DNA of 64,000 nucleotides from Psilocybe cubensis (Eukaryota): NCBI GenBank assembly GCA_017499595.2, contig CM039005.1, positions 2,976,001 to 3,040,000 of the forward strand, read 5' to 3'. Shown piece by piece: positions 60,277 to 64,000 of this stretch (position 1 is its first letter; each line of letters starts with the position of its first letter). The notes under the pieces were generated by a model. It saw only the letters and a program-made list of their open reading frames with translations, ran no database searches and was not told where the DNA came from. The position numbers and the translations under genes were made by a program.

Positions 60277-63200
60277 ATGCCTTTATTTCATTTGAAGAAC
60301 CTGATCCAAATCCACCAAGTATTAAGGTTCAGTCATAACTGTCAGTTCATGGTGACTCACTTCGTTAATTCGAAGCTCATGGCGCTTGTTCCGTCGTGTT
60401 CACTTCTTGGGTCTCAAAATAGAATACAAGAAAGCTATGCTGACATGACATATTGGGATCCAAATATATGCAGTTCACTTTACATCCATGACTCGAGGCT
60501 GTATGACCGTAGGACACGCAATGCCACGTTGCCGTTAGGTTAGTGCAACATTAAAACAATTCTCTCTTATAATAATCTTGTCTATGTGCGTCTCCCAAGT
60601 AAAACTACATCCATGACTACTGAAACTATCATCGTTCATCCTCACAATCCACCTGCTACTAGTGCTAGTCGCACCCTTTGTCGACTTCTGGTTCGCAATG
60701 AAATTGTTCGCGTTCAAAAGTGAGTTTGCATCTCCTTGAGTACTGCTGTGCGGCGTAGACTTATCTACCCTGGAAGACTTCTCGAGACATTCCCTGAGCT
60801 TATCAACATCCGACATCCCCTTGGGTGGGCTCCCATCCATACTGCTGTTCTGTGCTGCGATACTACGCTGCTTAAGTTCATTTTGAATCTACCAAGAGTG
60901 GATATCGCTGTACAGGACGAATCAAGCTTCAGCTCCAGCTCATCCGCCGCTTATCAACTATGCCGTACGCAAGAGTTGTGTCCCACAATTGGCGGGACCG
61001 AGTCTACCCAGGGTGCAACGGCCTTGCATTTCGCGTGCATGAGAGGCGATAAGGATGTCCTCAACTTAGTTCTCCAAAGGGGAGGTGCATCTGCTTATAA
61101 TGCTTTGGATCACTCCCAGCGGACACCATTGGACTATTTTGACTTAGATACAGTGGATCTAGAGGCATTGCTTGCGTATCAGTCAGCAGAAAAGCAGTGG
61201 AAAAAGGACTGGAGAACCCTCGTCGCAAAAGGTGTGTTCTGAGTCACACTCATTTATTGAAATCACTCACCTCGTGTTTCACATGTGCAGACGTATTTGT
61301 ATTCTGTAGTTCCATACGACTGGGTGATTACGACTACTGCAAAGAGTGAGTCGCAAATTATATATTCGGAACGATAAGCATACTGAGACGGTTCCGTAAC
61401 AGATTGATTGAATGCTATCCAGATCTAGCAATTAAGATGTATTCAGAAATAAAGGATAGTGTTTCTTCGAAGCTCAGAAGCATTTTCAAACCGTCATCCG
61501 TTGAGGTTTCTACCATCGTTCCCGATTATCCTCTGCATGGACCTGGATCTTCGGCTCTACATTACGCTTGCTTGGAAGCTAGAATGGACATTGCTGAGTT
61601 GTTATTACGCAATGGTGCGACATGGACAGAGAAGGATGATTACAACATTACTCCACAAATGTATGCGAACCTCCACGGGGAGATCATAGCTCAAAAGTTC
61701 AAATCATTGTGCGACGAAGAAGACAGACTACGGAAACAAAGGATAGAGGAGGAAAGCCGAAAAATGGAATTGGGCGAAAATATCAGGGAATCAGAGGTGC
61801 TTCAAGGCCAAAAAGCGGAAATGGATGGTCCAGCAACTCAGGAAGAGGACGCTCTCCAATGGGCAGTAGACTTCGCAGAGCAGTTGGCTTTGGAAGTGGG
61901 GAAAAGGAAGGCTGACGAGGTCGATGTGGATAAAATGGAGAAAGGAGAGCCGCGGATATCCAAAGCCGAAAAACGACAGATGAAGGCCTTAGAAAAACAG
62001 AAAGGTAAGCAGTTCATCGAACACAAAATGATTTATGATCAGTTCTTAACTAGTTAAATAGAAAAGGATAAGAAGATGGAAAAAAGGGAACAAAAAAAGA
62101 AAGAGGATGAAAGACGTCGAAGAAGTATGTCCCTTTTACCTTCCACAGGAATTGTCCAGATGTCTTAACATCTTCTCAACTCGCAGTCGAGATAGAGAGA
62201 ATAATCGGTGCTGACATCATTGGCCAAAAGGGACCCATCTCTTCGGTTGCGTCTGCTATCCGCCTTCGAGAAAATGGTTGGGTAGACCGAGATCGTCCTC
62301 TAGTAATGCTCTTTCTTGGAAGTTCTGGCATTGGGAAAACAGAAGTTGCAAAGAGAGTTGCAATGTATCTACATGGAATCAAGGCGGAAAAAGAAGATGA
62401 GAAAGTGGATGATGAACCAAGATCACCTATAAGCGAAGACGATGACGGTGACGAGCAACAAAAGGCATCGCTAACGGATATTGAAAAGTCTGGTACATTT
62501 GTTCGCATCGATATGTCCGAGTACCAACATGACTACACAGTGTCTAACTTAACGGGTACGTGGATATCTGCACTGGGCTATACCGTGACATTATCCTCAT
62601 TACACTCCCTCTCAGGTTCACCAAAAGGATATGTCGTACGTCTCATTTCGCGACTTTATTGAAAAATCCTTTTAATTTGTCACTTCAGGGATATGATGAG
62701 GGTGGTGTTCTAACCGGAAAATTGAAGGCCAACCCCCGAGCCATTGTTCTATTGGATGAGATCGAAAAGGCACACCCTAATGTCTTGACTGTATTCCTGC
62801 AACTGTTCGATGATGGTAGGATCACTGATCCCAAGGTACAGTTGCTCCTCTCTAATTCTGATTTAAATTCCTTATCATTTACATTCTTGCCCCATTATAT
62901 CAGCTCGGAACGATCTTCTGTCCCAATGCCGTCTTTATAATGACCTCTAATCTTGGATCTGAGGAGATCCGGCTTGCGGCGCCGAAGCTCAATTCTCTTA
63001 TTGCAAATACAATTGACGTGAACAAACATGAGAAGTATCACAAAGGAGTGACACAATTTACCAAGGAACTTTACCCTTTGTTGAAGAGGTCTCTCAAAAG
63101 AGATGAGTTCCTGGGACGCATCAACCAGACTGTCGTCTTTTTACCGTTTACTGACGTCGAGGTAAGATCAGAACTTGGTTTTTATGACAAGGCGCTGATG

Positions 63201-63756
63201 CAATTCATCAGCTTGGACACATTGCAAAGGTAGAGTTAAAGAAGTGGCAGAAGAGAGCTCTGGATCAACACGATATTCACGTCACCTGGTCACCGTCTGG
63301 TTTGTCCATGCTCTGTCCCTGCTATGTTTTTGTTTTTCTTATCAAACCTTTTTCTTTTTATACAGTCATTGAAAGACTTATTCAAGGATATGACGTGAAC
63401 TACGGGGCACGTTCGATCACGAATGAGATAAAGATATGCGCCATAAGGCTGGTTGCAGAGGCACAGATCAGGGGGGACATACCGAGAAGGTTATCTCAGC
63501 TTTTTCTATTTGCAGCATATCGTTAACGAAGAACCCATCAGCTCACACGTCCGTATGATTGTCAATGCCGCAGGTGATATGGAACTGGAGACCGTTGCAA
63601 AAGCAGGTAAGCAAACATGCCTCTACATAAAGATTTTAAAAATTGAAGATGAAAAATACGTGTTTTCCTCTTCTAGGCAAAAGGGAATCTAAGGACCTAC
63701 AGAAATTAGTTCAAACTGTATCGAATTCCCCTATAATAGATGTGCCATCAGCATAA
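60277..63756 (+). CDS. Ankyrin-repeat plus single ClpB-type AAA+ protein (Skd3/CLPB-like); 5' exons uncertain
   Basis: Ankyrin motifs [22 protein letters not shown] and GSSALHYAC, then a coiled coil. AAA+ motifs [70 protein letters not shown] and [11 protein letters not shown]. Confidence 0.88.
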
Positions 63757-64000
63757 TGCTATCCGTTAATGTATTATATATTGTAGCTTTTAGTTTTATG
63801 TGCTTAACGAACAATTCGAACGACTTTTATGCATTCTAGGAGCGATGAAATAGCCAATAAATGCGGATCCTGTATTCTTCAGAAAGCTCTAGTCGTCATT
63901 AGTCCCACTTGAGGGGAGATTGTTACATAGGCATCTTAGTTGACAAATGGAAATCTGATGTTGAAACTAGAAGAATGCTTGATACAGAGCAAAATAGTCA

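Noticed and set aside
1-64000. Classical multi-repeat KEP/dikaritin precursor, MSDIN or borosin precursor, CRISPR arrays, tRNA or rRNA genes
   Set aside because: None seen by eye. A heavily intron-split or very short precursor could still have been missed.

Overview
Intron-rich fungal DNA. Short GT-AG introns of about 50-70 nt, frequent microexons and the gene families present point to an agaricomycete (mushroom-forming basidiomycete). Gene models were spliced by hand and are approximate. The most notable region (~18.8-33 kb, possibly 8.3-43.7 kb) is a candidate peptide (RiPP-like) biosynthetic or signalling locus. It holds a head-to-head pair of DUF3328/UstYa-type oxidase genes whose start codons are 96 bp apart, two proline-iminopeptidase-type (S33) peptidases, a single-pass But2-like protein and a putative 7TM receptor-like protein. 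It also holds a tandemly duplicated cassette. Each copy of that cassette carries a four-exon 60-63 aa prepropeptide gene that the ORF track does not resolve (signal peptide, KR site, then a DCPFPRG[IV]EGIxxSxxCxP core) facing a secreted beta-trefoil gene. The block is bracketed by an inverted duplication of an HsbA-like gene and flanked by a laccase, an OPT oligopeptide transporter, a Gfo/Idh/MocA oxidoreductase, an O-methyltransferase and an MFS transporter. Elsewhere: three more HsbA-like genes, a class II aldolase, an intact MITE, a His-rich membrane protein, an NRT2 plus nitrate reductase pair with no adjacent nitrite reductase, a type-B carboxylesterase, a small Cys-containing secreted protein, and an ankyrin-AAA+ protein resembling animal Skd3/CLPB.
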